Origin: Acidobacteriota bacterium
GTDB lineage: Bacteria; Acidobacteriota; Vicinamibacteria; Vicinamibacterales; UBA2999
DNA: 57,693 nucleotides
Assembly: GCA_023265015.1 (NCBI GenBank)
Contig: JAHFUO010000012.1
Span: 1 to 57,693 of the forward strand
Direction of reading: 5' to 3'
Shown in pieces: positions 20,532 through 30,404 of the stretch. The stretch's first letter is position 1, and each line of letters starts with the position of its first letter. Both the position numbers and the translations under genes were made by a program. Below the pieces are notes generated by a model that was not told where the DNA came from, did not search any database, and saw only the letters and a list, made by a program, of their open reading frames with translations.

Positions 20532-22688
20532 TCAGGGCACGAGCTGGAACGCGGTCACCTGCTTCACGCCGTCCAAGGTCGTCTCTATCGCGTAGTCGCC
20601 CGGCGCGAGCGCAGCGAGCGAGGCGTCCGCGACGATCCAGCGGAACGGATTCGTCAAGTCCTGCCTGTCGCTCACCTCCACGGGTATAAGGTTCGGCCGT
20701 CCCAGGCGATCGAGCATCCGCGCCGTCGCAACCCCTCTCGATCGAGTCGGCAGCTCAACGCGAATCCGATCACTCCTCGGAAAACGTGGATCGGCGGTCA
20801 TCAGGTATCTCGGGCCCGTTGACGGCCCCCGCCGCCACAGGATCCCGTCTCCGAGCACAGGCAGGTCGGACGGGACGACCACACGGGCCGTGCCGGTCAC
20901 CGGCAGCCCGTCCTGGTTGTTCGGGCGAAGACGCACGCGAACCGCGTATTCGCCCGGCTTGAGCCCGGCCTCTGGAGCCTGCACCGTGAATGACGTGTCG
21001 GTGGCGGGAATATCGATCGTCTGTGACGCGATCTCGCGTCCGTCCGCCCCGACGACCGTCACATCAGCCGTCCCTCCTGCGGTCCACGCGATCTCCCTGC
21101 GCGTGCGGTAGTCCAACTCTCCTACAACCCACAACGTCGCCGCCGCCTCCTCACCCGTGCGCGCGGCCGCCGTGCGGATGCGGAACGTGGCGCTCGGGCT
21201 GACGGCCGCCACCGTGCCGAACGCGGCATTGACCCCTTCCCTCGCGCTGCCGCCCGGGTTCAGGACGTCCTCCACCGTCACCCCTCGATAGCCGCGCCGC
21301 GTGCGAATGGTCACGCCGGGGCGCAGCGATCGAACGGTGATGGATCTGAACTTCCCGTCAAGCTTGCCGTTGGTCGAACGATAGCCAAGCAGGTCGTACG
21401 AGTTCATGTCGGCCGAAATACGTCCTATTGCGGCATCTATCGCGCTGCTGCTCATGACGGACATGCCGTCGGTATTCCCCGCCAGCTGGCGCATCGCATC
21501 AAGGCGCGACGCCGGATCGCTCTCCTCGTTCGCGACGGCTGCTGGCGGCTTGCCATTCGGTGTCTGGTCGGCAGCGAGGCCCCGCGCGTAAATCGTGTAG
21601 AAGGATGCGACGACACGGTTCGCGGCATCGGCAATCCGATCGAGCCGCAGCGAATCGTCGAGCGCCGCCAGCGTCAGCCGGTCGGCCTCACACTCGGTGC
21701 GCAAGACGCCGCCCACTTCCTGGCCCCGGCCATCACCGTTGTCGCCGCCGGGCGCGTTGCCGCCTCCACCCTGGCCTCCGCCGGCCTGGCCTCCGCCGCC
21801 CTGGCCTCCGCCGCCTGCACCCCCGCGACCGCCGCCGGGAAATCCACCGCGTCCGCCGCCGCCTCCACCGCCTCCTCCGCCACCACCGCCACCACCGCCA
21901 CCGCCGCCTCCGCCACCGCCGCCGCCAACGCCCCCGAAGCCGCCGCGATTGGTCGTCTGGCTGTTACCGAGCCTCGAAGTCGGCCCGAACAGCCGCCAGC
22001 CGTCGGTGAGCGTGATGATCGCCGTCCGTCCCTCGTGTCCGGCCGCCAGCAAGGACATCAGGCGCTCGAGTGCATCGAAGGTCGCTTTTTCGCGATGGCG
22101 CTCCTGCATCTCGCTTGCGACGGCGCGGTACTGATTCGCCGGAAAGCACTGAGCGTACCGATCCTCCTTCGGATCGCGTGAGCCGACGCGGGCGCGATCC
22201 CAGGTTGCTTCGTCCTGCATGATCGCGGAGATCGCCGACGCCTTGCCACCGAACTGGATGTTGGCGGGCGTCATGTCCGGCGTCATCACGCCAACCACGT
22301 CGTCATCGTCGAGGAGACGATCGAGAAACCGCGCGAGCGGCAGCCGCACGTCGCGCGCGCCCTCGAACTGCATGTGGGCGGTATCGAGGAAGATCACGAA
22401 AGAGCGCGCGTCGGCATTGACGTGCTGGAAGGTCTCGATCTTCTGAGGAACGTTGTCCTCGCTCACGTCGACGTCCGACGCGGCAAGGTCGCGGACCGGA
22501 CGGCCCTCCTGCGTCGCGTGCATGTCGAGACGGATCAGTGAGGGCGCATCGGCCGCGGCGGTCTTCGTGTCCGGAGCAGATGTTTGCGAGGTTTGAGCGC
22601 TGAGCGCTTTGCCGTAGTGTCCGCCTTCAGGCGGACCACTCAGGAGCGCAAGGCAGACGACGACCGCGAAAAGCAGGCGAGCGCGCAT
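20532..22688 (-). CDS. VWA-domain protein of the VWFA-related acidobacterial type, with an internal Gly-rich segment
   Basis: Signal peptide MRARLLFAVVVCLALL. N-terminal VWA-like fold (SFVIFLDTAHM..., VGVMTPD). Resembles the TIGR03436-type family as I recall it. Start trimmed to ATG 22688. Confidence 0.8.
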   Translation of the reverse strand: MRARLLFAVVVCLALLSGPPEGGHYGKALSAQTSQTSAPDTKTAAADAPSLIRLDMHATQEGRPVRDLAASDVDVSEDNVPQKIETFQHVNADARSFVIFLDTAHMQFEGARDVRLPLARFLDRLLDDDDVVGVMTPDMTPANIQFGGKASAISAIMQDEATWDRARVGSRDPKEDRYAQCFPANQYRAVASEMQERHREKATFDALERLMSLLAAGHEGRTAIITLTDGWRLFGPTSRLGNSQTTNRGGFGGVGGGGGGGGGGGGGGGGGGGGGGGGGRGGFPGGGRGGAGGGGQGGGGQAGGGQGGGGNAPGGDNGDGRGQEVGGVLRTECEADRLTLAALDDSLRLDRIADAANRVVASFYTIYARGLAADQTPNGKPPAAVANEESDPASRLDAMRQLAGNTDGMSVMSSSAIDAAIGRISADMNSYDLLGYRSTNGKLDGKFRSITVRSLRPGVTIRTRRGYRGVTVEDVLNPGGSAREGVNAAFGTVAAVSPSATFRIRTAAARTGEEAAATLWVVGELDYRTRREIAWTAGGTADVTVVGADGREIASQTIDIPATDTSFTVQAPEAGLKPGEYAVRVRLRPNNQDGLPVTGTARVVVPSDLPVLGDGILWRRGPSTGPRYLMTADPRFPRSDRIRVELPTRSRGVATARMLDRLGRPNLIPVEVSDRQDLTNPFRWIVADASLAALAPGDYAIETTLDGVKQVTAFQLVP
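21714..21950 (-). repeat. low-complexity GGN-codon tract encoding about 79 aa of Gly/RGG-rich sequence
   Basis: NRGGFGGV-(G x about 25 by my codon count)-RGGFPGGGRGGAGGGGQGGGGQAGGGQGGGGNAPGGDNGDGRG. Confidence 0.85.
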
Positions 22689-22720
22689 GTTCCACTTCGA
22701 GCAAGGCTGGCGTACGAAGT

Positions 22721-23443
22721 CTACGTCCACACCGGCCCTTCGTCCAGCAGGAGCCGCACCTGGGCCCGGACGCGTTCAATCAGCACGTCCCGGTCGTCGA
22801 GCGTCAGGCCCACTGTCGGAATCGGCGCGCCGATGCGCACGCTGACGTGAACCGGCCGCACCACCGCGCTCCCCTTCCTCATGGCCGCCCGGCCGCCCTG
22901 GACGGCGACCGGGACGATCGGTGCCTGCGCCCGGATCGCCATGATGAAGCCGCCCTTCTTGAACGGCAGCAGCTCGCCGCTGCGGCTGCGGGTCCCCTCC
23001 GGAAAGATCAGGAACGAATTACCGGCGCGGAGCGACGCGGCGCCGCGCTCGATCGACGCCAGCGCCTTCTCGCGGTTGCTGCGCTCGACCGCGACGAATC
23101 CGCCGGCATCGAACACCATCGCCATGATCGGGACCTTGCGAAGCTCAGCCTTGTAGAGCACGTGCAACTGCGGGTGCAATCCCCGGAACAGGACCGCCGG
23201 ATCGACATTGCTCTCGTGGTTGGCGCAGAACACGACTGCGCCCTCCGGCACCTGCTCACGGCCGACGATCTTGTACCGGATGCCGCTCAGCGTCAGCGCA
23301 AGCCACACGCCCGTGTGCCCGAGCGCATACAGCCCGCGCTTCCACCGCAAACCCGCCGCGATCACGACCCCGAGCGGACCGGCTACGGCAATGTACGCCA
23401 GGGTCGCAATGTAGGTCGTGACCGAGCGAACGGCCGCAATCAT
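22721..23443 (-). CDS. plsC: 1-acyl-sn-glycerol-3-phosphate acyltransferase
   Basis: NHESNVD (HX4D) and FPEGTRS motifs. Start trimmed to MIAAVRS (ATG 23443). Confidence 0.85.
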   Translation of the reverse strand: MIAAVRSVTTYIATLAYIAVAGPLGVVIAAGLRWKRGLYALGHTGVWLALTLSGIRYKIVGREQVPEGAVVFCANHESNVDPAVLFRGLHPQLHVLYKAELRKVPIMAMVFDAGGFVAVERSNREKALASIERGAASLRAGNSFLIFPEGTRSRSGELLPFKKGGFIMAIRAQAPIVPVAVQGGRAAMRKGSAVVRPVHVSVRIGAPIPTVGLTLDDRDVLIERVRAQVRLLLDEGPVWT

Positions 23444-23456
23444 GTCTGCGAACAAT

Positions 23457-23520
23457 CCCCGTCTCCCTGCCCCTGCCCCCGTCTCCTGCCCCCGTCTCAT
23501 GCCCCTGCCCCCTGCCCCCT
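23457..23520. repeat. one-armed C-tract array (CCCCTGC/CCCCGTCT units), C-rich on + strand
   Basis: tccccgtctccctgcccctgcccccgtctcctgcccccgtctcatgcccctgccccctgccccct. Confidence 0.7.
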
Positions 23521-23530
23521 ACAGGGTACA

Positions 23531-23563
23531 GAAAAAAGCCCGGACGGAAGGGCCCGTCCGGGC
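23531..23563 (-). terminator. intrinsic terminator downstream of carD
   Basis: 10-bp stem gcccggacgg / ccgtccgggc with loop aagggc. The minus strand continues with tttttt. Confidence 0.65.
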
Positions 23564-23600
23564 GGCGAAGAGGGTGGAAACAACTACGCGAAGACGACTG

Positions 23601-24206
23601 CTACGAAGCGCGCGCGGCGGCACGCCGCGTCGCGGTGGCCTCGACCGCAACGACGGCTTTGACCGGCTTCGCGATCTTGGCGCGCGCGGCGGTCCTCGCC
23701 ATGTTGCGCGCCTTGACGACGAAGCATTTTTCGAGAGCCTGGTCGACCCGCTCCTCGACGGCCAGCGCCTTCTCGCGAATCACCTCCGAGATTTCAGAGA
23801 TGATCAGCGCCTTGGCGCGGTCGAGCATCCGCTTCTCGCGAAACGACAGGCTCTTGGACTTGCTCAGGAAAGTCAGGCTCTTGAGCACGTCCGCCATGTC
23901 GTAGATCGATCCGGTGCGCATCTTGTCGGAATTGTCCTTGAAGCGGCCTTTCCAGTTCTGATGATTGTCGATCTTGCCGTCGCCCAGGAGCGAGAAGAGG
24001 CGCTCAACCTCGTCGTCGGTGATCGCCTTGCGCAGGCCGACACCGTCGACATTGGCGACGGGCACCAGCACCGTGGTGTCGTTCGACACGATGCGAAGGT
24101 GAAAGAATCCGCACGTGGTGCCAAGGATGGTCTTTTCTTCGATGCGCTCAACAATACCGAGCCCATGGTTCGGGTAGATGACCTTGTCGCCGACCTGGAA
24201 TGTCAC
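23601..24206 (-). CDS. carD: CarD/CdnL-family RNA-polymerase-binding regulator with a basic Ala/Lys/Arg tail
   Basis: FQVGDKVIYPNHGLGIVERIEEK... CarD_TRCF domain. Start set at GTG 24206 (VTFQVGDK). Confidence 0.85.
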   Translation of the reverse strand: MTFQVGDKVIYPNHGLGIVERIEEKTILGTTCGFFHLRIVSNDTTVLVPVANVDGVGLRKAITDDEVERLFSLLGDGKIDNHQNWKGRFKDNSDKMRTGSIYDMADVLKSLTFLSKSKSLSFREKRMLDRAKALIISEISEVIREKALAVEERVDQALEKCFVVKARNMARTAARAKIAKPVKAVVAVEATATRRAAARAS

Positions 24207-24379
24207 GTGTCCCCCGTAGCAGGAAGAATGATGGTAGGGCCGGTGTCGAGCCGGTAACTGCGACGACAAGTATAGCCCACCTGCCCGAGATCAGCAACGA
24301 AAAACGCCCGAAAAATGGGTGTTTTGGTCGGTTTGTCTGACTGCTGCACGGAATGACGCTTTTGGTGGGGTGTCCTCAT

Positions 24380-24410
24380 CCCGAATCCCGAATCCCGAAT
24401 CCCGAATCCC
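24380..24410. repeat. (CCCGAAT)4CCC heptamer array, non-coding copy
   Basis: Four perfect tandem units immediately 3' of the ATP-grasp gene stop. Identical to the array inside uvrA. Confidence 0.9.
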
Positions 24411-24415
24411 GAGAC

Positions 24416-25435
24416 TCAGGCCCGGGAGGTTGTGAGCTCGACGATCTCTTCGATCAACTGGCTATAGGTGCGTCCGGCCTTCCTGGCGGCCATCGCGAAC
24501 TCCGCACGGGAGCTGAGCCAGGGGTTTGGGTTGACTTCGATCACGTGCAGGCCGCCATCGGGCTTCAGGCGCATGTCGACGCGCCCGTAATCCCGAAGTT
24601 CGAGTGCCTGGTAGGCTGCGACCGCCGTCTGCTGAAGACTGGCGATCGTTTCTTCGCTCAGGTCGGCTGCGATCGCCGACTTCGTGTCGCGATACGCCTT
24701 GGTCCCCTTGCCCCATTTCACTTGCGCCGCCGCGATTCGCGGTGTGCCATCGGGGAGCTTGGAGAGATCGAGCTCGACGACCGGCAGCGGCTCGGGCTTG
24801 TCGTTCCCGAGGATGCCGACATACATCTCGCGGCCGTCGATGTATTCCTCGATGAGGACGGGCGAATCGAAGTTGGCGTGCAGCCAGTCCATCCGCTCCA
24901 TCAGCTCCCGAATCGAGTTGACCACCGCGCTGAACTCGATGCCGATCGAGCCATCCTCGCGCGCCGGCTTCACGATCACGGGAAACTGCAGGTCGTGGGA
25001 GAAATCGAGCCGGCCGCGATACGACTTCGCGAACGTCGGGGTGTGGATGCCGTGAAACGCGAAGATCTTCTTCGCGATGGCCTTGTCCTGCGCGAGCATC
25101 AGGCCGTGCGTCCCTGACCCGGTGTATTTCTTCCCGATCAGCTCGAGAAAGCCCGCGATCTTGAAGTCCGCGGTGTCATCGTCGGCAAACGACTCGCAGA
25201 GATTGAACACGAGATCGCAGTCGACACGCGCCAGCCCGAGCAGGCTTTTCGTGGTGCCGTCGATCTCGTACAGCACCGGCTCGTGACCGAGCTTCGTGAG
25301 CGCCTCGGCCACCTCTTCTTCGACTTCCTTCTTGTCGAGCGTGCGGACGACCGGCGCCTTGTCGCCGGCAGCGGCCTCCTCGCTCTCGTCAACGAGCACG
25401 CGGTCGTACAGGACGACGATCTTGAGTCTGCCCAT
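24416..25435 (-). CDS. D-alanine--D-alanine ligase-family ATP-grasp enzyme
   Basis: ATP-grasp layout (…LAQDKAIAKKIFAFHGIHTP…, PVIVKPAREDGSIGI, EVNPNPWLS). Confidence 0.75.
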   Translation of the reverse strand: MGRLKIVVLYDRVLVDESEEAAAGDKAPVVRTLDKKEVEEEVAEALTKLGHEPVLYEIDGTTKSLLGLARVDCDLVFNLCESFADDDTADFKIAGFLELIGKKYTGSGTHGLMLAQDKAIAKKIFAFHGIHTPTFAKSYRGRLDFSHDLQFPVIVKPAREDGSIGIEFSAVVNSIRELMERMDWLHANFDSPVLIEEYIDGREMYVGILGNDKPEPLPVVELDLSKLPDGTPRIAAAQVKWGKGTKAYRDTKSAIAADLSEETIASLQQTAVAAYQALELRDYGRVDMRLKPDGGLHVIEVNPNPWLSSRAEFAMAARKAGRTYSQLIEEIVELTTSRA

Positions 25436-25452
25436 CGTGAAGTGCGGTGTAG

Positions 25453-25474
25453 GGGCGGGTCTTAAGACCCGCCC
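25453..25474. other. perfect 22-nt GC-rich palindrome in a 318-nt divergent spacer
   Basis: gggcgggtctt|aagacccgccc. Confidence 0.6.
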
Positions 25475-25753
25475 GTGTACCTACTCACAATACCAGCCGC
25501 GGGCGTCGATCGGCATTCCGTTCTAGCTCGCCGATACGAAGCCGCAGAAACTCGAGAAGACGGCCGACGCGCTCGAGACGACCCCTGGCTGAGGACAATG
25601 AACGCGCGTCGAGCGGGGCCACGAGCGATAAGAGGTACCTAGAACCAGTAAGATCACCAAAACATTTGATTGTGGGCACTTAGGTGCCGGTTTAGTCAAA
25701 CCTGCGGTCGATGTGCGGTATCCTCTGTCCCGCGTATCTTGCGCTCACCCCAC

Positions 25754-27412
25754 ATGCGCAGACCGGGAGCGACCCTCCGCCGGCTTCTGCCCGTTGCCGG
25801 CTGGATCGCCGTGCTTTGGGTTGTCGTTGTCTGGCGTCTTGGGTATCCGAGCTTCTGGGATCCTGACGAAGCCACGTACGCCGAGACGGCGCGCGAGATG
25901 CTCGCCGCGCACAACTGGTTCGTCCCGCTGTACAACGCGCACCCTTTCTTCGACAAGCCGCCTCTTTTCTACGCGCTACAGATGATGAGCTTCAGCGTGC
26001 TTGGCGCGACGGAGCTCGCCGCCCGAAGCGTTCCTGCGCTTTCGGCTCTGGCGCTGGTCGCCTTCGTTGCCTGGTTCGGGCGCAGGCTTTTTGACGGGCA
26101 CACCGGGCAGACGGGTGCGTTGATGTTCGCTGTGCTGCCGGCGACATTCGCATTGTCGGCCTACGCCATCGTCGACATGACGTTCACGCTGTTCCTCTTC
26201 GGAGGGGCGGCACTCGTCACCATCGCCGCGCTCAGCGACCGTTCGCGCCTCCAGTACGCAGGCTACGTGCTGCTTGCCCTTGCCGTCCTCACCAAGGGGC
26301 CGCTGGCGCTCGTGCTGGCCGGGATCGCATTTCTCCTCAGCCTCGTCATGGCGCCCGCAGCGCGCGCGCCGCTCCTTCGGCTGCGCTGGGGAATCGGATT
26401 GCTCATCGTCGTCGGCCTGTCAGCGCCATGGTTCGTCTACATGTGGCGCCGCTTCGGCGACGCCTTCGTTGACGGCTACCTGCTGAAGGAAAATTTCTGG
26501 CTCTATTCCGGGTCGCTCTATGGCGCCCAGCCCTCGTCGTTCTTCTACACCAGGGTGATGGCGACCGGCCTCCTGCCGTGGACGCCGTTACTCATCGGCC
26601 GGCTCGTCGATGTGGTACGCGGTGCGCGGCTCGAGACCGCGGAGCGGCTCCTCTGGGCCTGGGTGATCGCGATCGTCGGGTTCTTCTCATTCTCGAGCTT
26701 CAAGCTGGATCATTACGTTTTCCCTGCCGCGCCCGCGCTGTGCCTGCTGTGCGCGCACGCATGGGTGACCGCGCGCCGGGCGGAGCGGCCGTCGATCGGC
26801 GTGACCTCCGCCGTCCTGGCAATCGGCGTACTGCTGTTCGTGGCGGGTGTCGTGCTGATTCCGGGGCTCGATCGCGTGCCGCTGGAGCTGCCCACCGGGG
26901 CACGTCTGCTGCCGGTCGCGCTTCTCGCGGCCGGCATCGCGATGATTGGACAGATTGCGCGCGCGTGGCGTCCCGCGTCGGTTCCCTACGCCGCGGTGGC
27001 CGGACTGCTCGCGGCCTATGCGGTCGTGATCGTGGTGGGTCTTCCTGCGTTCGAGCAGGCCAAGCCCACGCGGCGGCTGGCGCGGATCGTGGCGGCCTCG
27101 GCACAGCCCGACGATCACGTCGCCATGTTTCGCCTGAACCGCTGGAGCAGCAGCTGGCGCTTCTACGTCGGCCGCCAGACGGAGAACCTCGAGACACCGG
27201 CCGACATGCGCCGTTTCCTCGCGCGGCCTGGACGACACTACTGCGCGATGCTCCGGCGCGATTACAACGGGCTCGTGTCACAGGGGATGCAGCTGCGTGT
27301 CATTCACGAAGAGCAGGGGCTCTTCACCACGACGGGACGCGCGTTACAGGCAGGAAGCGGGGCGCGACGCGAGCAGTTCATCGTGGTGACCGAGGACCGC
27401 CCGGGAACTTGA
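25754..27412 (+). CDS. GT39/GT83-type (ArnT/PMT-like) membrane glycosyltransferase
   Basis: WDPDEATYAETAREML...FDKPPLFY motif. Polytopic. Start set at ATG 25754. Confidence 0.8.
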   Translation: MRRPGATLRRLLPVAGWIAVLWVVVVWRLGYPSFWDPDEATYAETAREMLAAHNWFVPLYNAHPFFDKPPLFYALQMMSFSVLGATELAARSVPALSALALVAFVAWFGRRLFDGHTGQTGALMFAVLPATFALSAYAIVDMTFTLFLFGGAALVTIAALSDRSRLQYAGYVLLALAVLTKGPLALVLAGIAFLLSLVMAPAARAPLLRLRWGIGLLIVVGLSAPWFVYMWRRFGDAFVDGYLLKENFWLYSGSLYGAQPSSFFYTRVMATGLLPWTPLLIGRLVDVVRGARLETAERLLWAWVIAIVGFFSFSSFKLDHYVFPAAPALCLLCAHAWVTARRAERPSIGVTSAVLAIGVLLFVAGVVLIPGLDRVPLELPTGARLLPVALLAAGIAMIGQIARAWRPASVPYAAVAGLLAAYAVVIVVGLPAFEQAKPTRRLARIVAASAQPDDHVAMFRLNRWSSSWRFYVGRQTENLETPADMRRFLARPGRHYCAMLRRDYNGLVSQGMQLRVIHEEQGLFTTTGRALQAGSGARREQFIVVTEDRPGT

Positions 27413-27447
27413 GTCTTGGGCCCGTCCCGTATTAGGCTCCGGCGAAA

Positions 27448-29256
27448 TTGCTCATGAGCGCGACCAGCCTCTCCGCCGCACGCTTCATCACGTCTTCGTT
27501 CCTTCGAAGCCACCGTTCCGAGGGTCGACATGCCGCGCGCCTGGAGCGCGTGCTCGCGATCGGGCGCGCCTTCCTGACGGTCAGCGGGCTTCTGGCGATC
27601 TATCTCGACCCGACCGAGCCGGCGCGCCTCGCGGAGCTGACCTACGCCATCCTCTTTGCCTACGCGCTGTACAGCGTCATCGTTCTCGCCTTCGTGCACC
27701 GCGCGACGCGTCTCGCGCCGAAGGATGGCGAGGTCCTTCACGGCATCGACATCCTCTGGACGGCGGCGCTGACCTTCGTCAGCAGCGGCCCGGTCAGCCC
27801 GTTCTTCCTGTTCTTCCTGTTCGTCGAGCTCGAGGCCGCATACCGCTGGGGGTTCCGCGAGACGGTCGCGACCGCGGTCCTCACGGTCACGCTCTTCCTG
27901 ATCGAAACGGGGATCGCAGGCGCCTGGAATCCCGCGTGGTTCCCCTGGACCGATCTCGCCCTCAACCGGACCGTCCTGCGCGTCTCGTACTTGCTGCTCA
28001 CGGGCTTCCTCGTGGGGTACCTCGCCGAGCAGGAGAAACAGTCGCGGGCCGAGATCGCCGCCGTGGCCGACGCCGCGCGGCAACCCCGCGTGGATCTCGG
28101 GCTCGGCGGCTCGGTCACCGCGGTCGCACGCGGGCTGCTGCGAACATTCGGGGCGACCGCCGTTGACTTCGTCATCCAGGATTTCGAGACGCGCCGGACG
28201 ATGCTGTGGCGCGTGGACGCGAGCGATACGGAGCCAGCGTCGAAACGGGGGCTGCACCTCGAGCTGGATCCGGCGCAGCAGGCGGCGTGGCTGTTCGATG
28301 ATCCGGGCCGCGCCTGGCACGCGATGAAGTCGGGCGAGGCCGGCGCCGCAACCGCGGTTCGCCTGGCCGAGCCGGGGGTGTGGCCGCTGCAACGAACCAC
28401 GGTGGAGCTGCCACGCGCGCTCGTCGCGGCCCGGACGTTCACGACCGTCACGGCAAGCAACCTCGGGCTGCCGGATGAGTGGCGCGGCCGCGTCTACCTG
28501 TTCGACGCGACGCATGCCGGCAGCCTCGACGGGTGGCTTCACTTCCTCGACGCGCTCACCGAGCACATTACGCCGGCCCTGACGAACGTCTTTCTGCTGC
28601 GGCGCCTCCGGTCCCGCGCCGGCGCCGTCGAGCGCGCGCGCGTCGCGCGCGAGCTGCACGACGGCGCGATCCAGTCGTTGTTCGGGGTCGAAATGAAGAT
28701 CGAGGCGGTGCGCCGCAGCGGCGAGCTGACGCACGCGGCGATGGATGCCGAGCTCGCACAGGTCCAGGAGCTGCTGCGGCGCGAGGTGCTGGCGCTTCGC
28801 GAGCTGATGCAGGCGCTCAGGCCGATCGAGCTGGAGACGAGCGACCAGCTTCCCGACGTGCTGGCCGCCCTCGTCGAGCGCTTCCGGCGCGACACCGGCG
28901 TCTCCGCGCGCTTCGTGTGGACCGGCGGGCCGATCTCGCTCCATCCGTCGACGGCGCTCGAGGTCGCGCGCATCGTCCAGGAAGCGCTCGTGAACGTGCG
29001 CAAGCACAGTCGCGCGCGAAACGTGCTGGTGCGGCTCACGAGCGAAGACCACACGTGCTCGCTCGTGATCGAAGACGACGGGCAGGGATTCGAGTTCGAG
29101 GGACGTCTCTCGGCACGGGAGCTGGACAAACGGCGCATCGGCCCCGCGATCATCAAGGAGCGCGCTCGGATTGCCGGTGCGCAGCTGGCCGTCGATTCCG
29201 CGCCGGGCCTCGGCGCACGGCTCGAGCTGACGTTTGCCGAGGGTGCGCATGCCTGA
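27448..29256 (+). CDS. membrane sensor histidine kinase (HisKA_3 / NarX-like class)
   Basis: RVARELHDGAIQSL H-box and HATPase (IEDDGQGF). N-terminal TM segments. Confidence 0.8.
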   Translation: MLMSATSLSAARFITSSFLRSHRSEGRHAARLERVLAIGRAFLTVSGLLAIYLDPTEPARLAELTYAILFAYALYSVIVLAFVHRATRLAPKDGEVLHGIDILWTAALTFVSSGPVSPFFLFFLFVELEAAYRWGFRETVATAVLTVTLFLIETGIAGAWNPAWFPWTDLALNRTVLRVSYLLLTGFLVGYLAEQEKQSRAEIAAVADAARQPRVDLGLGGSVTAVARGLLRTFGATAVDFVIQDFETRRTMLWRVDASDTEPASKRGLHLELDPAQQAAWLFDDPGRAWHAMKSGEAGAATAVRLAEPGVWPLQRTTVELPRALVAARTFTTVTASNLGLPDEWRGRVYLFDATHAGSLDGWLHFLDALTEHITPALTNVFLLRRLRSRAGAVERARVARELHDGAIQSLFGVEMKIEAVRRSGELTHAAMDAELAQVQELLRREVLALRELMQALRPIELETSDQLPDVLAALVERFRRDTGVSARFVWTGGPISLHPSTALEVARIVQEALVNVRKHSRARNVLVRLTSEDHTCSLVIEDDGQGFEFEGRLSARELDKRRIGPAIIKERARIAGAQLAVDSAPGLGARLELTFAEGAHA

Positions 29257-29902
29257 CCCGCAGCCCAGACGGGTGCGTATCGCGATCGCCGACGATCACC
29301 AGATCTTCCGCGACGGCCTGCGCCGGCTCCTCGAAAGCGAGCCGGGCTTCGAGGTGGTCTCGGAAGCGGCGGACGGCATCGACGCCATCCGCCTGGCGCG
29401 CGACTTCCACCCCGACGTGCTGTTGCTCGACGTCGCCATGCCCCGCATGGGCGGCGTCGAGGCGCTGGCCTCGCTGAAGGGCGAACCGCCGCGGATCATC
29501 CTGTTGACCGCGGCCATCGAGCCGTCGGATCTGCTGAAGGCGATTCAGCTCGGCGCGCGCGGCGTCGTCATGAAGGAATCGGCGACGCGGCTGCTCATCG
29601 ACGGCATCCACCGCGTCATGGACGGCAAGTACATCATCGGCGCCGACGTGGCCGATGACCTGGCGCAGGCGGTGAAACAGGTGGGCGCCGAGCGCGCGCG
29701 GCCCTACAAGCTGACGGCGCGCGAGCTCGAGATCGTCTCGGCAATCGCCGAAGGTCAGAGCAACCGGCAGATCGCCGAGCGCCTCTCCATCAGCCTGCAG
29801 ACGGTGAAGCACCACCTGACGAGCATCTTCGACAAGACCGGCGCCTCGAACCGGCTGGAGCTGGCGCTCCTCGCGATCCGCCAGGGCGTCGTCAGCGACT
29901 AA
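29249..29902 (+). CDS. NarL/FixJ-family response regulator (LuxR HTH)
   Basis: Receiver (IADDHQIFR, LLLDVAMPRMGG) and LTARELEIVSAIAEGQSNRQIAERL. 8-nt overlap with the kinase. Confidence 0.9.
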   Translation: MPDPQPRRVRIAIADDHQIFRDGLRRLLESEPGFEVVSEAADGIDAIRLARDFHPDVLLLDVAMPRMGGVEALASLKGEPPRIILLTAAIEPSDLLKAIQLGARGVVMKESATRLLIDGIHRVMDGKYIIGADVADDLAQAVKQVGAERARPYKLTARELEIVSAIAEGQSNRQIAERLSISLQTVKHHLTSIFDKTGASNRLELALLAIRQGVVSD

Positions 29903-29905
29903 CGC

Positions 29906-29978
29906 GGTTCTCAGGATGCTCTGGTGATCCGGTGCTCGGGTTCCGGTGCACGGGTTCATCGGTTCTTGGGTGCACCGG
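29906..29978. repeat. family A element, left-arm-only copy
   Basis: ggttctcaggatgctctggtgatccggtgctcgggttccggtgcacgggttcatcgg closely matches the left arm at 4721-4776. Confidence 0.75.
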
Positions 29979-30092
29979 TAACACGCGGCTGCACTTGTCG
30001 GCGGCCGCGGTAACATCCGGGCAGGTTGTAACGTCGCCGCGCGGTGGCCGCAAGTGAGCCGCATGAGGTTGGGCTGACGGTGACGGCCTCGG

Positions 30093-30404
30093 CTAAAGAC
30101 GACTCTTCCAATACCCAGGCTTCCGGCGGTCGTGGGCGATCGCGAGGATTCGAATGTGAGGCTGCGCTTCGAGATAGACGACGTGGTAGGGGAAGCGCTT
30201 CACGGCCAGTGTTCGAACCGGTAGCTCCGTCGGGACGCGCGGCACCGGAGCGCCGGATCGGGGCAGATCAACGATCTGATCTATGGCTGCGTCCACGGCG
30301 TCGAAGAATTCCAAGCCGAGGTGTTGTCGACGACTTTCGTACCACCGTCCCGCGAGACGGTACTCCTCATCCGCCTCAGCCTCGAACTGAACGCGGGGAT
30401 TCAC
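30093..30404 (-). CDS. parE: ParE/RelE-family toxin
   Basis: VQFEAEADEEYRLAGRWYE..., FPYHVVYLE..., ILAIAHDRRKPGYWKSR pattern. GTGA start/stop overlap with the upstream antitoxin. Confidence 0.8.
   Translation of the reverse strand: MNPRVQFEAEADEEYRLAGRWYESRRQHLGLEFFDAVDAAIDQIVDLPRSGAPVPRVPTELPVRTLAVKRFPYHVVYLEAQPHIRILAIAHDRRKPGYWKSRL

Noticed and set aside
21697-22134. + strand ORF encoding a long poly-Pro run (PPPPPPPP...).
   Set aside because: It is the antisense reading of the GGN tract of the VWA gene. The minus-strand frame has a signal peptide and VWA-type sequence on both sides of the tract.
25485-25679. 64-aa minus-strand ORF in the 318-nt spacer (…GSRYLLSLVAPLDARSLSSARGRLERVGRLLEFLRLRIGELE…). 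It is vaguely reminiscent of the C-terminus of four-helix-bundle (23S rRNA IVS-type) proteins.
   Set aside because: The resemblance is too weak to call by eye. It has a GTG start without a ribosome-binding site and could at best be a gene remnant. It needs a profile search.
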